Positions 1 to 8,454 of a stretch of DNA of 41,129 nt are shown here, piece after piece. Origin of the DNA: a virus. Taxonomy: Duplodnaviria > Caudoviricetes. The notes beneath the pieces are model-generated. The model searched no databases. It was not told the origin of the DNA and saw nothing but the letters and a program-made list of their open reading frames with translations. The stretch covers positions 1 through 41,129 of the IMG/VR virus record IMGVR_UViG_3300048574_000241; one strand, written 5' to 3'. Position 1 is the first letter of the stretch, and each line of letters opens with the position of its first letter. A program made the translations under genes and the position numbers.

Positions 1-2
1 CC

Positions 3-177
3 GACGGCTGGCTGCCGCGCATGTTCACGGCGGAATACGCCGGACAGTTCGATGCTTTCCTGCAGGGCTTCTCCCGTTTCCGGATGCCGCTGCCGCTCGG
101 CGGTTCGTCGAACCACTTCCGCACCGCTGTGCTGCGCGACGCCGGCGGCTGGGATCCCTACAACGTCACCGAGGACG
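3..177 (+). pseudogene. 5' part of an interrupted host family-2 glycosyltransferase (begins upstream of the window)
   Basis: Frame from nt 3 reads DGWLPRMFTAEYAGQFD...LGGSSNHFR...GGWDPYNVTED, then meets TAG at 180-182 inside the phage end. The frame resumes at 40926 with DLGFRL...QRSRW. Confidence 0.9.
173..177 (+). repeat. 5-bp target-site duplication, left copy (GGACG)
   Basis: GGACG lies immediately before the terminal TG at 178 and recurs at 40921-40925 immediately after the terminal CA. Confidence 0.93.
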
Positions 178-182
178 TGTAG

Positions 183-228
183 CGCGCAAATTCAAATGTC
201 ACCCCCGCGCAACTTCACTTGTCACCCC
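183..228 (+). repeat. Two tandem 23-bp transposase-binding sites at the methylase-proximal end (Mu R1/R2-like)
   Basis: CGCGCAAATTCAAATGTCACCCC (183-205) and CGCGCAACTTCACTTGTCACCCC (206-228); inverted copies occur at the other end. Confidence 0.85.
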
Positions 229-381
229 CTGATCCGCCCCTGACCGAGGTCGGCCATCGGCCTCCTTGGCAGCCAGATACCACGCATCGAAGGCATCGAG
301 GCGGCATCGGCTGCAGGGGCGCGGTTCCCCCGTTATGGCCTCCACGACCCCACGGTCACTGCAGCAATTGCACCTGATCAT
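199..381 (-). CDS. Small putative zinc-binding protein (CNCC...CSRC)
   Basis: 60-aa ORF with AGGAGG upstream and two Cys clusters; its stop lies within the terminal binding sites. Confidence 0.55.
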   Translation of the reverse strand: MIRCNCCSDRGVVEAITGEPRPCSRCRLDAFDAWYLAAKEADGRPRSGADQGVTSEVARG

Positions 382-1136
382 GCCATCCTCCTAGAAGGCA
401 CGGGAACCACGCCCCGAGCGGCAGGCGTTCGTTCCGGTCTACCAGAAGGGTCTGTGGCAGCGGTCGCAGATGACCTGCGCATCCTCCTCGATCTCCTCCA
501 GGAGCATCCTTTTCTTGCAGCGTGGACAGGTACAGTCGAGCCATCCATAGGCCGGCAGCCACCAATTCCGTTCAACGCGCCGAGGCGTCCGCAGCATCGA
601 TTGCTGGGCTTGGCGGGCCTTGCCCTGCGCCTTCCGGTCACCGCCGGATAGGAGCGTCGGCTCGCTGGACAGATCACGCTCGACGGAGAAGCGTGCCTGC
701 GCCTGGATGAAAGCGAGCGACAGGATCGGCATCCGCCGGAACTCGGCGCGGCCAATGAAAATGACGGGGTGGTTTGAGCGGGCCATGCCCGACCAAACCC
801 CTGATTCGCAAGATAGGCAAATCGTCCTATATCTTGTGTTAGCGCCTCGCTGGAACAACCCGCCATTGTCACAGCTCCTTCGACGTGAATCGCCCGCGCG
901 GTTTCCGCGTCTGTAGTTCCGTGGCAGGCGTCCGCGAGCCCGCGCAGGTACTGGCGCTTCGCCTCGTCGTCGGGATGCTCCACGCATGCGGCGCTGGCCT
1001 CGCGGATCAGCGCCGCCTTGTTGAATAGATAGCGGTGTATCGACCGGGGCAGATTATCAGCATTGCGACCGACGCCCCCGCCCGACGGAGGTGTTCCACT
1101 CGGCTCGACCGCTGGCGCTTTAAAGCCGTTCTCCAT
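378..1136 (-). CDS. Hypothetical protein; only the N-terminal ~90 aa look like real coding sequence
   Basis: ATG directly follows the methylase stop with GGAGG upstream. The C-terminal half is Arg/Ser-rich and overlaps ORF 439-786. Confidence 0.35.
   Translation of the reverse strand: MENGFKAPAVEPSGTPPSGGGVGRNADNLPRSIHRYLFNKAALIREASAACVEHPDDEAKRQYLRGLADACHGTTDAETARAIHVEGAVTMAGCSSEALTQDIGRFAYLANQGFGRAWPAQTTPSFSLAAPSSGGCRSCRSLSSRRRHASPSSVICPASRRSYPAVTGRRRARPAKPSNRCCGRLGALNGIGGCRPMDGSTVPVHAARKGCSWRRSRRMRRSSATAATDPSGRPERTPAARGVVPVPSRRMA
439..786 (-). CDS. Hypothetical protein with C-terminal zinc ribbon (CTCPRC...CDRC)
   Basis: ATG at 786 (MARSNHPVIF...) follows an AT-rich promoter-like segment; protein-like composition and paired CxxC motifs. 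Confidence 0.55.
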   Translation of the reverse strand: MARSNHPVIFIGRAEFRRMPILSLAFIQAQARFSVERDLSSEPTLLSGGDRKAQGKARQAQQSMLRTPRRVERNWWLPAYGWLDCTCPRCKKRMLLEEIEEDAQVICDRCHRPFW

Positions 1137-1949
1137 CTACTTCCTCCCTCGATCGGTGATGATCAGCTCCCGTGCTTTCCGCGCCTTGCCGACGCCGACG
1201 GTATAGGTCACGCCCACGGGCTTCATGGTGAAGCCGGCGAACGCCTTGCGGATGGCCGGAACGTCATTGATGGACAGGATGAAGCGGCCTTGAAGGCCCC
1301 TTAAAGCCTCCGCCATGCGCTCGAAATCGGCCCGGGAGAAGCCGTCGCCATAGTCCTTCTCGGAGCCCCAATACGGCGGATCGAGATAGAACAGCGTGCC
1401 CGGTCGGTCGTAGCGCCGCAGGAAGTCGCTCCAGTCCAGGCTCTCGATCACCACGCCCGCCAGCCGCTCGTGCAACTCCTCCAGCATCGGAATGATCTTG
1501 GTGACATCGAACCGGCTGGAGAGTGCCGGGCTGACGCCGAAGGTCCGGCCGGCGACCTTGCCTCCGAAGGCGAGCCGCTGGACGTAGAGGAATCGCGCCG
1601 CGCGCTCCAGGTCGGTCAGCGTGGCCGGATCGGTCGCCATCAGCCGCTCGAACTCGCGGCGCGAGGCGACCTGCCAGCGCAGCATCTCGACGAAGGCAAG
1701 ATAGTGCCGCTGCAGCACCCGGAAGAAGGTCGCCACGTCGCCGGAGCGATCGTTGATGACCTCGGCCGAGGCGGCCTCACGGCGGCGGAAAAACACCCCG
1801 CCCATGCCGACAAAAACCTCCGCATAGGCTTCGTGGGGAATGCGCTCGATCTGCGCGATCACCGCCTTGGCGAGCACGCGCTTGCCGCCGATATAGCCGG
1901 CGGCAGGCTTCAGCGCCGCCACCGGCCTGTAGGTAACTCCTTCAACCAT
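1137..1949 (-). CDS. DNA adenine methyltransferase, D12/Dam family
   Basis: Motifs YIGGK, EVFVGMGGVFF, EVIND and FYLDPPY. Start chosen at ATG 1949; the ORF is open up to 2141. Confidence 0.92.
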   Translation of the reverse strand: MVEGVTYRPVAALKPAAGYIGGKRVLAKAVIAQIERIPHEAYAEVFVGMGGVFFRRREAASAEVINDRSGDVATFFRVLQRHYLAFVEMLRWQVASRREFERLMATDPATLTDLERAARFLYVQRLAFGGKVAGRTFGVSPALSSRFDVTKIIPMLEELHERLAGVVIESLDWSDFLRRYDRPGTLFYLDPPYWGSEKDYGDGFSRADFERMAEALRGLQGRFILSINDVPAIRKAFAGFTMKPVGVTYTVGVGKARKARELIITDRGRK

Positions 1950-2137
1950 CTTTTCTTCCGCGCCCAAATCAGGCCCTCTCACCGTGCTGTGCAGGCTCTG
2001 TGCAGCGGCGGCGGGACGGCGATCAGGGCTTCCTTCGTCGTGCGGGTCACGCTTCCATACGAGGCCCGTGGCTGCAGCGTTGACGCGCTGCACCCCCGCC
2101 ACCGGCGACGGCGCGGGGAATCGGTCGAGGCCGGCCA

Positions 2138-2338
2138 TCACGAGGCCGCCTGATTGATCAGCCGCCGCGCCAGCTCGGGGTCAACGGCCGTGATGGCCGC
2201 GAGCGCGGCGGACTGCATGGACGGGCAGACGCTCGGCGAATTCACGCACGGGCATTTGGCTCCATAGACCCGGTGGCAGCACGCCATGGCCGCGATCTCC
2301 AGCGGGGTCTTTTCAACCGGCTTTGAAGGCTTCTTCAT
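2138..2338 (-). CDS. Small Cys-rich hypothetical protein
   Basis: ATGA overlap with the gpD stop; MKKPSKP...ACCHRVYGAKCPCVNSPSVCP. Confidence 0.6.
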   Translation of the reverse strand: MKKPSKPVEKTPLEIAAMACCHRVYGAKCPCVNSPSVCPSMQSAALAAITAVDPELARRLINQAAS

Positions 2339-3348
2339 TTCGGTTTGGTCTCGCACTCGATCCGGGTGGTGAAGCCGCTGCCGCTGTCCATGCGCTGGGT
2401 CACCCGCTCGATGGTCCACGGCACGCCGTCGATGCCGCTGCGAATCCCCATGGCCACTAGGTCCATCTCGGCGCGGATCGTGGCGTCGCCCCAGCAATTG
2501 AAGGTCGCCGATCCCTCGTGGCGCTGCAGCTCGCGCACCTTGCCCTTGGCCGCGTCCTCGGCCTGCTTGCGGCTCGGAAACGGGTTGCGGAATCGGAATG
2601 TCACGCCGCCATCGCCGCCGCCCTCGGTCACCGGCTGGCGCGCGACCTTGCCGCGGTCGAAATAACTGGCCTCGACCTCGCCGTGGATCGGCTTGTCCTT
2701 GAAGGAGACCTCATAGGCGTCGCGGTCGATCAGCATCTGCGGGCGGATCACGATCATGCCGCTGGCTCCCGACATGCTCTTGCCGTCGCCGGCGCGCGCG
2801 ACCAGCAGTTGGCCATCCTTGATGGCCATGAAGCCGCCGAGGCCTTCGGACACCCGCGTCAGAAAGGCCTCATCACTTTCTTCATGCTGGCCGATGTAGC
2901 TCTGGTCGCTGCCCGCCAGCAGCGGAAACTTGATCGACGCCAGATCGCCGGCGACCTGTCCCCGCAGGCCGTGGCGGCCGGCGATCTCCTGGACGACCTC
3001 GCCCAACGTCTTGTTGGTGTAGTCCTTGGTCCGCCGTTCTTTCAGCGACTTCTTGTTGTCGGCCGCGTTGGCGGTGATGCGGATGGTGTGGGGGTAGCCC
3101 TTGAAACGGACCTGATCGACCTTGAACGAGCCCATCGGCACCAGGCCGGTCTCGCGATAGCCCATGGCGATCGACAGCACCGCGCCGCGCCGCGGCGGCT
3201 GCACAATGGCTTCGGGATCGAAGATGCCGATCTCGGCGGAATCGCTTTCGGTGCCGCGCGCATCCACCACCTCCAGCTCGATCTTGCGACCGGAAAAACG
3301 ATCGGTCACGTCGAGGCCGTCAGCGCTGATGGTGAAGTCCGGCGTCAT
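2335..3348 (-). CDS. Phage late control D / baseplate hub protein (P2 gpD-like)
   Basis: MTPDFTISADG, DARGTESDS, MGYRETGL, QHEESDEAFLTR; follows gpU and gpX. Confidence 0.9.
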   Translation of the reverse strand: MTPDFTISADGLDVTDRFSGRKIELEVVDARGTESDSAEIGIFDPEAIVQPPRRGAVLSIAMGYRETGLVPMGSFKVDQVRFKGYPHTIRITANAADNKKSLKERRTKDYTNKTLGEVVQEIAGRHGLRGQVAGDLASIKFPLLAGSDQSYIGQHEESDEAFLTRVSEGLGGFMAIKDGQLLVARAGDGKSMSGASGMIVIRPQMLIDRDAYEVSFKDKPIHGEVEASYFDRGKVARQPVTEGGGDGGVTFRFRNPFPSRKQAEDAAKGKVRELQRHEGSATFNCWGDATIRAEMDLVAMGIRSGIDGVPWTIERVTQRMDSGSGFTTRIECETKPK

Positions 3349-3355
3349 CGGCCCG

Positions 3356-3568
3356 TCACTCCCACAGCTTGAACACGGCGCGCTGCGGCAGTTGCTGCGC
3401 GGCGTCGGGGATCGTCACAGTCACGCCGGCCGGCAACACCAGCGGCTGCCGCGCGACGGCGGGATTGGCGTCGAGCACGATCTCCAGCGCGCCGGCGGTG
3501 CGGCCGCAGGCGCGAAACACCATCGCGTCCAGCATGTCGCCCTCGACCGATGTCACCGTCTTGGCCAT
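3356..3568 (-). CDS. Tail protein X (P2 gpX-like)
   Basis: 70 aa, EGDMLD...VLDANP...LPAGVTVTIPD...LWE. Confidence 0.9.
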   Translation of the reverse strand: MAKTVTSVEGDMLDAMVFRACGRTAGALEIVLDANPAVARQPLVLPAGVTVTIPDAAQQLPQRAVFKLWE

Positions 3569-3572
3569 CGCA

Positions 3573-4001
3573 TCACCCGAACAGGCTGAACGCGCCGGAA
3601 CCGCCGGCGACCGGAGTATCGGCGGCGATATCGATCACGACGTCGATCTTTTGCGCGATGCCGCCGACGATGATGTGGTCGCGGGTGTCGTCGACGTTGC
3701 GGATGGTGTAGCGGCCGAGCACGCGGCCGGTGCCGGCGGCCAGCATCAGGGATTCGCCGCGCGCCGCAGTCTGCCGCATATCCTCGATCTGCGAGAGGCC
3801 GGAGCCGGGCAAAAACAGCGGATAGACCACGCACGGGAGCTGAATGGTTTCTAGCCCCGGACCGAGGAACTGCGATCCCGGCGCGCGCGCCATCAGATCC
3901 TGATCGGCGTAGCGCAGCGGATACCTGCGCTCGATGCGCAACAGAATCTGGCTGTCGATCGAAAACCGGAACGGCCCCAGCGCCATCATGATGCTGCTCA
4001 C
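3573..4001 (-). CDS. Tail protein gpU-like
   Basis: MMALGPFRFS, QFLGPG, GTGRVLGRY; lies downstream of the tape measure gene. Confidence 0.9.
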   Translation of the reverse strand: MSSIMMALGPFRFSIDSQILLRIERRYPLRYADQDLMARAPGSQFLGPGLETIQLPCVVYPLFLPGSGLSQIEDMRQTAARGESLMLAAGTGRVLGRYTIRNVDDTRDHIIVGGIAQKIDVVIDIAADTPVAGGSGAFSLFG

Positions 4002-6022
4002 GCCAGCGCTCCGTCATACATGCCGGCCTGACGCTGGCGGTCGAGCGCGGCGACGATGCGGCGCGCCACCGATTCCGGGTTGTCGCTGCCGCTGATGGTG
4101 AAGTTGTTGTTGAAGGTCATGTTGGCCTGCCGGGCGAGGCCCGGCGCGGGCGTGAGGCCGCCCACCGCCGACTGCTTCTGCAGCACCGGCGCACCGCCGC
4201 CGGTCGATCCCGTCGGCGCGCCGCCGACGCTGGGCGAGACGCTGAAACTGAACAGGGATTTGAGCTTGCCGACGAGACCGCCCGCCCAGCCGAGCAGTTG
4301 CTGTGCGATCGACTTCATCCCCTCCCACAGCGACGTGATGATCTTGCTGCCGGCCGCGAAGAAGCCGGACACGTCGATCCCGCTGAACCAGGCGGTGAGC
4401 TCCGCCCACTTCGTCTTGATCCACTCCGTGATCTGCGCGAAGCCTTCGGCGATCGGCTCGCGGAAATAATAGATCAGCGCCGCCGCCACGGCTGCGGCCA
4501 GCACCGCCCAGCCGATCGGGTTGCTCAACAAAGCGATCAGCCCGGCCACGGCCTTCATGATGATGGGACCGAGCGCCATGATGGCGCCAAAGAGCATTGG
4601 CCCCAGCGTGGTCGCGAGCGAGACCAGCATCCGGCCGATCCCGCTGGCCAGGAAACGCAGCGGCAACAGCGCCAGCAGCAAAATCCGGCCGATGCCGCCC
4701 ACCACCTTGCCGAGGCCGAGGAACTTGCCGATCATCATCGTCGATGCCAGCGCGAGCAGCGGCTGGCCCAGCTGGGTCGCCATCGGCACAACATCGGCCA
4801 GCGCCATCGACACGCCGGCAATGGCCCGGGACAGCCGCGGGAAGCGGTCCGCCAGATTGCCCACCCACGTGTTCAATCCAGCCAGCAGGTTGCTGCGCCA
4901 GATCGACATGCCTGCACTGGCTTTCGCCCATTTTTTCTGCCGGGCGTCGATCGCCGCGTCCAGCCGATTGAGCGCGGCCAGTTCCGTCTCGCTCATGGCG
5001 GCGTAATCGGTGCCGATGGTGCCGCCCGCCGCCATCGCCTCGCGGCGGATTTTGACGAACTCCTCATACTTCTCGATCAGCTTGGCGAGGGCGAGCTGGG
5101 CCTGCTGATCGTGAAACAGGTCACCGACCGTCAGGCCGCTGTTCTCGGCCAGCGCCTTCTTGGTCTGCAGGATAACGGTCTCGAGCGGACTCTGGCCCTG
5201 GGCCATTCCTTTTTCGATCGCGTCCTTGATGTCGATGCCGACCTTGCTGAACGCTTTCACGGTCTGCGGGGCCGAGGTTTTCAGCAACAAGTCTTTCAGG
5301 TTGGTCGCCGCCTGACCGGGCGAACCAGCGCCCTCGCGGACGATCTGTGCGGCGGCCGCGATCTCGACCGCGGCCGCTTCTCCCTTCATCCCGCGCGACG
5401 ACGCCGCCGCGGCGATCGCGGGGAGATATTGCGCCATGTCCTTGAGTTCGAAGTTGCCGCGCTTCGCCGCCAGCCAGACCTTGTCGAACGTGCTCTCCAG
5501 TCGGTCGGCGTCGATCTCCAGATTCTGAAACATCGCCTGGGCGGCCTTGGAGATGTCGGCGATCCCCGAGCGCGTGGCCACGGCGACGCGCCCGATCGGC
5601 TCCAGCATCTTCTCGACGCGGTCCGGCGCGATACCGGCGGCGACCAGGCTGTTCGCCACCTCGCCGATCTGGCTCGGGGTGCGGCCGAGTTGCGGGCCGA
5701 GCTTGAGGATGGTGTCGCGCAGCGAGGCGAGCTGACCGTCCGCGAGCTCGCCGGTGCGCGCGATGCCCTCGAGCATGTCCTCGAAGGCGGCTCCGCGTTT
5801 GACGTTGCCCTGCAGGTTGTTGCCGAGGTTGACGGAGGCGGCCCACAAACCCGCAAGGCCCAGGCCGACGCCGGCGATGCTGGTGCCGATTTTGTCGAAC
5901 TTCTCCGCCGCCGGCGCGCCTGCGGTCGCGGCTCCTTCGATGCCCTTGACCGCGTTGACGACTTTGGGTGCCACGCTGGACACCTCGTCGACAAGCCTGA
6001 CGATAAGCGAGACGAGAGGCAT
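3998..6022 (-). CDS. Tail tape measure protein
   Basis: 674-aa Ala/Gly-rich helical protein with GNFELKDMAQYLP core and NPIGW motif; follows the chaperone genes. Confidence 0.93.
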   Translation of the reverse strand: MPLVSLIVRLVDEVSSVAPKVVNAVKGIEGAATAGAPAAEKFDKIGTSIAGVGLGLAGLWAASVNLGNNLQGNVKRGAAFEDMLEGIARTGELADGQLASLRDTILKLGPQLGRTPSQIGEVANSLVAAGIAPDRVEKMLEPIGRVAVATRSGIADISKAAQAMFQNLEIDADRLESTFDKVWLAAKRGNFELKDMAQYLPAIAAAASSRGMKGEAAAVEIAAAAQIVREGAGSPGQAATNLKDLLLKTSAPQTVKAFSKVGIDIKDAIEKGMAQGQSPLETVILQTKKALAENSGLTVGDLFHDQQAQLALAKLIEKYEEFVKIRREAMAAGGTIGTDYAAMSETELAALNRLDAAIDARQKKWAKASAGMSIWRSNLLAGLNTWVGNLADRFPRLSRAIAGVSMALADVVPMATQLGQPLLALASTMMIGKFLGLGKVVGGIGRILLLALLPLRFLASGIGRMLVSLATTLGPMLFGAIMALGPIIMKAVAGLIALLSNPIGWAVLAAAVAAALIYYFREPIAEGFAQITEWIKTKWAELTAWFSGIDVSGFFAAGSKIITSLWEGMKSIAQQLLGWAGGLVGKLKSLFSFSVSPSVGGAPTGSTGGGAPVLQKQSAVGGLTPAPGLARQANMTFNNNFTISGSDNPESVARRIVAALDRQRQAGMYDGALA

Positions 6023-6024
6023 GG

Positions 6025-6168
6025 TCAGCGCGCCTTCAGGCGGGCGTCAGCCGCCTTTGCAAAGAACATGAAGCGGTCCGGCTCCATCGCATCGATTTCG
6101 CTCGGCGGGAAGTGATAGACGAGCGCGATGGCCTCGCTCATCAGTTCGTAATTTTCGCCTACGCTAAA
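6025..6168 (-). CDS. Tail chaperone frameshift extension (P2 gpE'-like), -1 frame
   Basis: -1 frame reads FSVGENYELMSEAIALVYHFPPSEIDAM...KAR*; HFPPSE resembles the P2 GpE family motif. Confidence 0.8.
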   Translation of the reverse strand, partial: FSVGENYELMSEAIALVYHFPPSEIDAMEPDRFMFFAKAADARLKAR

Positions 6169-6482
6169 GGGCCGGAGGGCATCACCTCTTCCAGCTTGTC
6201 CATCAACGCCATGAAGTCGTCGATGTCGAGCGCATCGATCACCGCTTCGTCGACGCCGGCGATCCGTGCGAAGAACGGAGCCAGCTTGTCGAACAGACCT
6301 ATCGGAAGGAGGTCGAGCCCTGACGCACCCTCTGCACGCCGCTTTTCGACGGTGGCCATCAGGCCGAGCGCACCGCTGCGATCGAGCAGCCGCAGCGCGC
6401 CGCCATCGGCCCGTTTCAGGGTGAGCACCTCATAGGGCCGGCCATTGACCTGGATCGGATGTTTGAGCGTGAGCACGGCCAT
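6159..6482 (-). CDS. Tail assembly chaperone (P2 gpE / Mu gp41-like)
   Basis: LTLKHPIQVNG...LTLKR...IDALDIDDF; lies between the tube and tape measure genes. Confidence 0.85.
   Translation of the reverse strand: MAVLTLKHPIQVNGRPYEVLTLKRADGGALRLLDRSGALGLMATVEKRRAEGASGLDLLPIGLFDKLAPFFARIAGVDEAVIDALDIDDFMALMDKLEEVMPSGPLA
6165..6171 (-). other. Programmed -1 frameshift slippery site C CCT TTA
   Basis: In-frame X XXY YYZ heptamer separated from the chaperone stop by a single codon. Confidence 0.8.
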
Positions 6483-6484
6483 GA

Positions 6485-6985
6485 TCAGAACCCGATGCCG
6501 AGCGCCTGGCGCGCGTCCTGCCAGATGTTGACGCCGTCGACGATGCAATCGTAGTTCTGCGGGTCGATCTTGTGCAGCAGCCGACTATCGACCGTGTGCT
6601 CATAGTAGATGATCGAGTTGAGCGTGTATTCGAAGCCGCTCTTGTCGCCGCCCTTCCAGGCATCCGACTTGCCCGAAATGCGGTGCTCCATGGTGATGAT
6701 CTCGGCCTGACTCGTTCCGTCAAGCTCGCTGACGGTGTGGCCGCGAAACGTCGAGCGAATGCGCTTGCCCGGCGCGAGGCCCATCTTGGCCATCACATCC
6801 GGATTGCGCGTAAACAGCTTGGCCGAGGCCTCCAGCTTCTCCAGCCCCAAAGCGACGTCGAGGCCCATGCCGGCGATGCGCAATTCTTCGGTTTTGTCGG
6901 TGATCGCCGGCGGCGTCAGCTCCTCGAGCTCAAGGTGCAGCGACGAGCCGTCGACCCACCACGTAAAGTTACGGAGAATCTGCAT
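6485..6985 (-). CDS. Major tail tube protein (P2 FII-like)
   Basis: ILRNF...VDG, LGLEKLEAS, WKGGDK, IVDGV...RQALG. Confidence 0.92.
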   Translation of the reverse strand: MQILRNFTWWVDGSSLHLELEELTPPAITDKTEELRIAGMGLDVALGLEKLEASAKLFTRNPDVMAKMGLAPGKRIRSTFRGHTVSELDGTSQAEIITMEHRISGKSDAWKGGDKSGFEYTLNSIIYYEHTVDSRLLHKIDPQNYDCIVDGVNIWQDARQALGIGF

Positions 6986-6996
6986 TCAAGCCTCCA

Positions 6997-8454
6997 TCAC
7001 GCCGCGGCGAGCCGCGAAATCTCGCGCGCGGCCTGCTCGGTGAGTTCGCGGTAGTAACCGGTGTTGCGATTGAATTCGAAGATCAGGTGCTCCAGCGGAG
7101 CCGGACCCTCGGCATCGTAGGAAATCCACAGCTTGCCGGCGGCAAGCTGATCGGGCGTGTTGAGCGTGGGGTCGAGCCACATCACGCCGCCCAGGATCGC
7201 GCCGCGCCGCCGCAGCGTGCGCAGATAGGCGTTGCCGGTGTCGGCGATGTCGAGCAGCAACTGGAGTGAGAACGGCCGGTCGACGAAGATCATCGAGGCG
7301 ATTTCGACCGACTCGATGATCATGTCGTGGGTGCGCCGCACCGACCAGAAATACTTCAACCCGTCGCCCGAGGTGACGCGGTTGCCCCACAGCTTGAAGC
7401 CGCCGTTCTCATAGTCGCGGATGATGGTGGTGACGTGGTGCTCGTTGAGGTAGTTGGCTTCGGTCTCGGGGTCGTTGAGCGCCCAGTCGATCGGCCGGGC
7501 GATGCCGACCACGCCATTGAGCACGTGGTTCGACGGCGACCACCAGAAGCCCTTGCTGTTGTCGAGGCCGGCCTGCAGGCCGACGACGCGCGCGCTCGAC
7601 GGCTGGGTAACGACGGACGTCCCCTTGTACGCCTTGACGTAGGGGTCGATGCACATGATGCGATCGCTGCCCCAGTCGAGGCGATCGGCGACCGCCGCCT
7701 CCTTGGTGGTGTTGGGGCCGTTCTTGGCGATCATCGCGCGCAGCCGGCCGGCGATACCGAGCAACTCGGCGACCACGGGACTTGCCGTGGTGCCGATCGT
7801 CAGCGTGCCGGCCGCGCCGCTGCCGCCGCCACCGGTGAAGGTGAGGCTGACAGGCGTGTGACCGCCGACGCCGGGATTGTCGATGACGACTTCGGTGACG
7901 GCACCGGCGACGACGACAGCGTGAGCCGCGAAACCGACCGGCACCGCGCCACCTGCGCCGGCCACGGCGACAACCGTCGGCGCGGTGGCGTAGTCATGAC
8001 CGCCGGCGGTGACGACGGCGTCGGCCGCACCATCCGAGGGCCGCCAGGAATCGTAACCGGGCGTGATCAGCATCTTCGGCTTGAGGCCGGTTTCAACGCC
8101 GGCGCGGGTGAACGCATGAACGCCGGTGCGCGCGGTGCGGTCGCCGATGATGTTGCCGACAGTCTCGGCGATGTTCGCGCCTTCCTCGACGCGCACCGCC
8201 AGCACCGTGGCGCTCGCTTGATCGAAGATGGCGTCGAGCGAGTCCTTCATCTCGCCGCCGGCGGAGTCGAGGCCCTTCGGCACCCCGCGCTCGCCGGTGA
8301 TGACGATCGGCTTGTCGAGCGGCCACAGCGCGGGATCGGCGTCCGGCGCGGTGCAGCACAGGCCGATGACCGATGACTTGACGGTCTTGACGGGACGGCC
8401 GCCCGCGTCGTTTTCTATGGTCTCGATTCCGTGAAGGAATTGATCGCCAGCCAT
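6997..8454 (-). CDS. Tail sheath protein (P2 FI-like)
   Basis: FLHGIETIE, SSVIGL..TAPDAD, GFWWSPSN, GFKLWGNR, PAPLEHL. Confidence 0.95.
   Translation of the reverse strand: MAGDQFLHGIETIENDAGGRPVKTVKSSVIGLCCTAPDADPALWPLDKPIVITGERGVPKGLDSAGGEMKDSLDAIFDQASATVLAVRVEEGANIAETVGNIIGDRTARTGVHAFTRAGVETGLKPKMLITPGYDSWRPSDGAADAVVTAGGHDYATAPTVVAVAGAGGAVPVGFAAHAVVVAGAVTEVVIDNPGVGGHTPVSLTFTGGGGSGAAGTLTIGTTASPVVAELLGIAGRLRAMIAKNGPNTTKEAAVADRLDWGSDRIMCIDPYVKAYKGTSVVTQPSSARVVGLQAGLDNSKGFWWSPSNHVLNGVVGIARPIDWALNDPETEANYLNEHHVTTIIRDYENGGFKLWGNRVTSGDGLKYFWSVRRTHDMIIESVEIASMIFVDRPFSLQLLLDIADTGNAYLRTLRRRGAILGGVMWLDPTLNTPDQLAAGKLWISYDAEGPAPLEHLIFEFNRNTGYYRELTEQAAREISRLAAA

Noticed and set aside
172-177. 6-bp duplication AGGACG
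   Set aside because: The right-hand A is the terminal CA of the phage; a 5-bp duplication fits the TG...CA ends and the inverted repeat.
183-228. Tandem repeats as a CRISPR array
   Set aside because: No spacers and no cas genes; inverted copies at the other end identify them as transposon end sites.
240-253. CTGAC-CGAG-GTCGG as a fourth late-activator box
   Set aside because: Mismatched, lacks the outer CT/AG bases, and has no phage gene start downstream.
4298-6115. Long plus-strand ORFs (this 605-aa one, also 11448-12824, 24608-25909, 36157-37641)
   Set aside because: Antisense shadows of clear minus-strand genes in high-GC DNA; no recognisable motifs.
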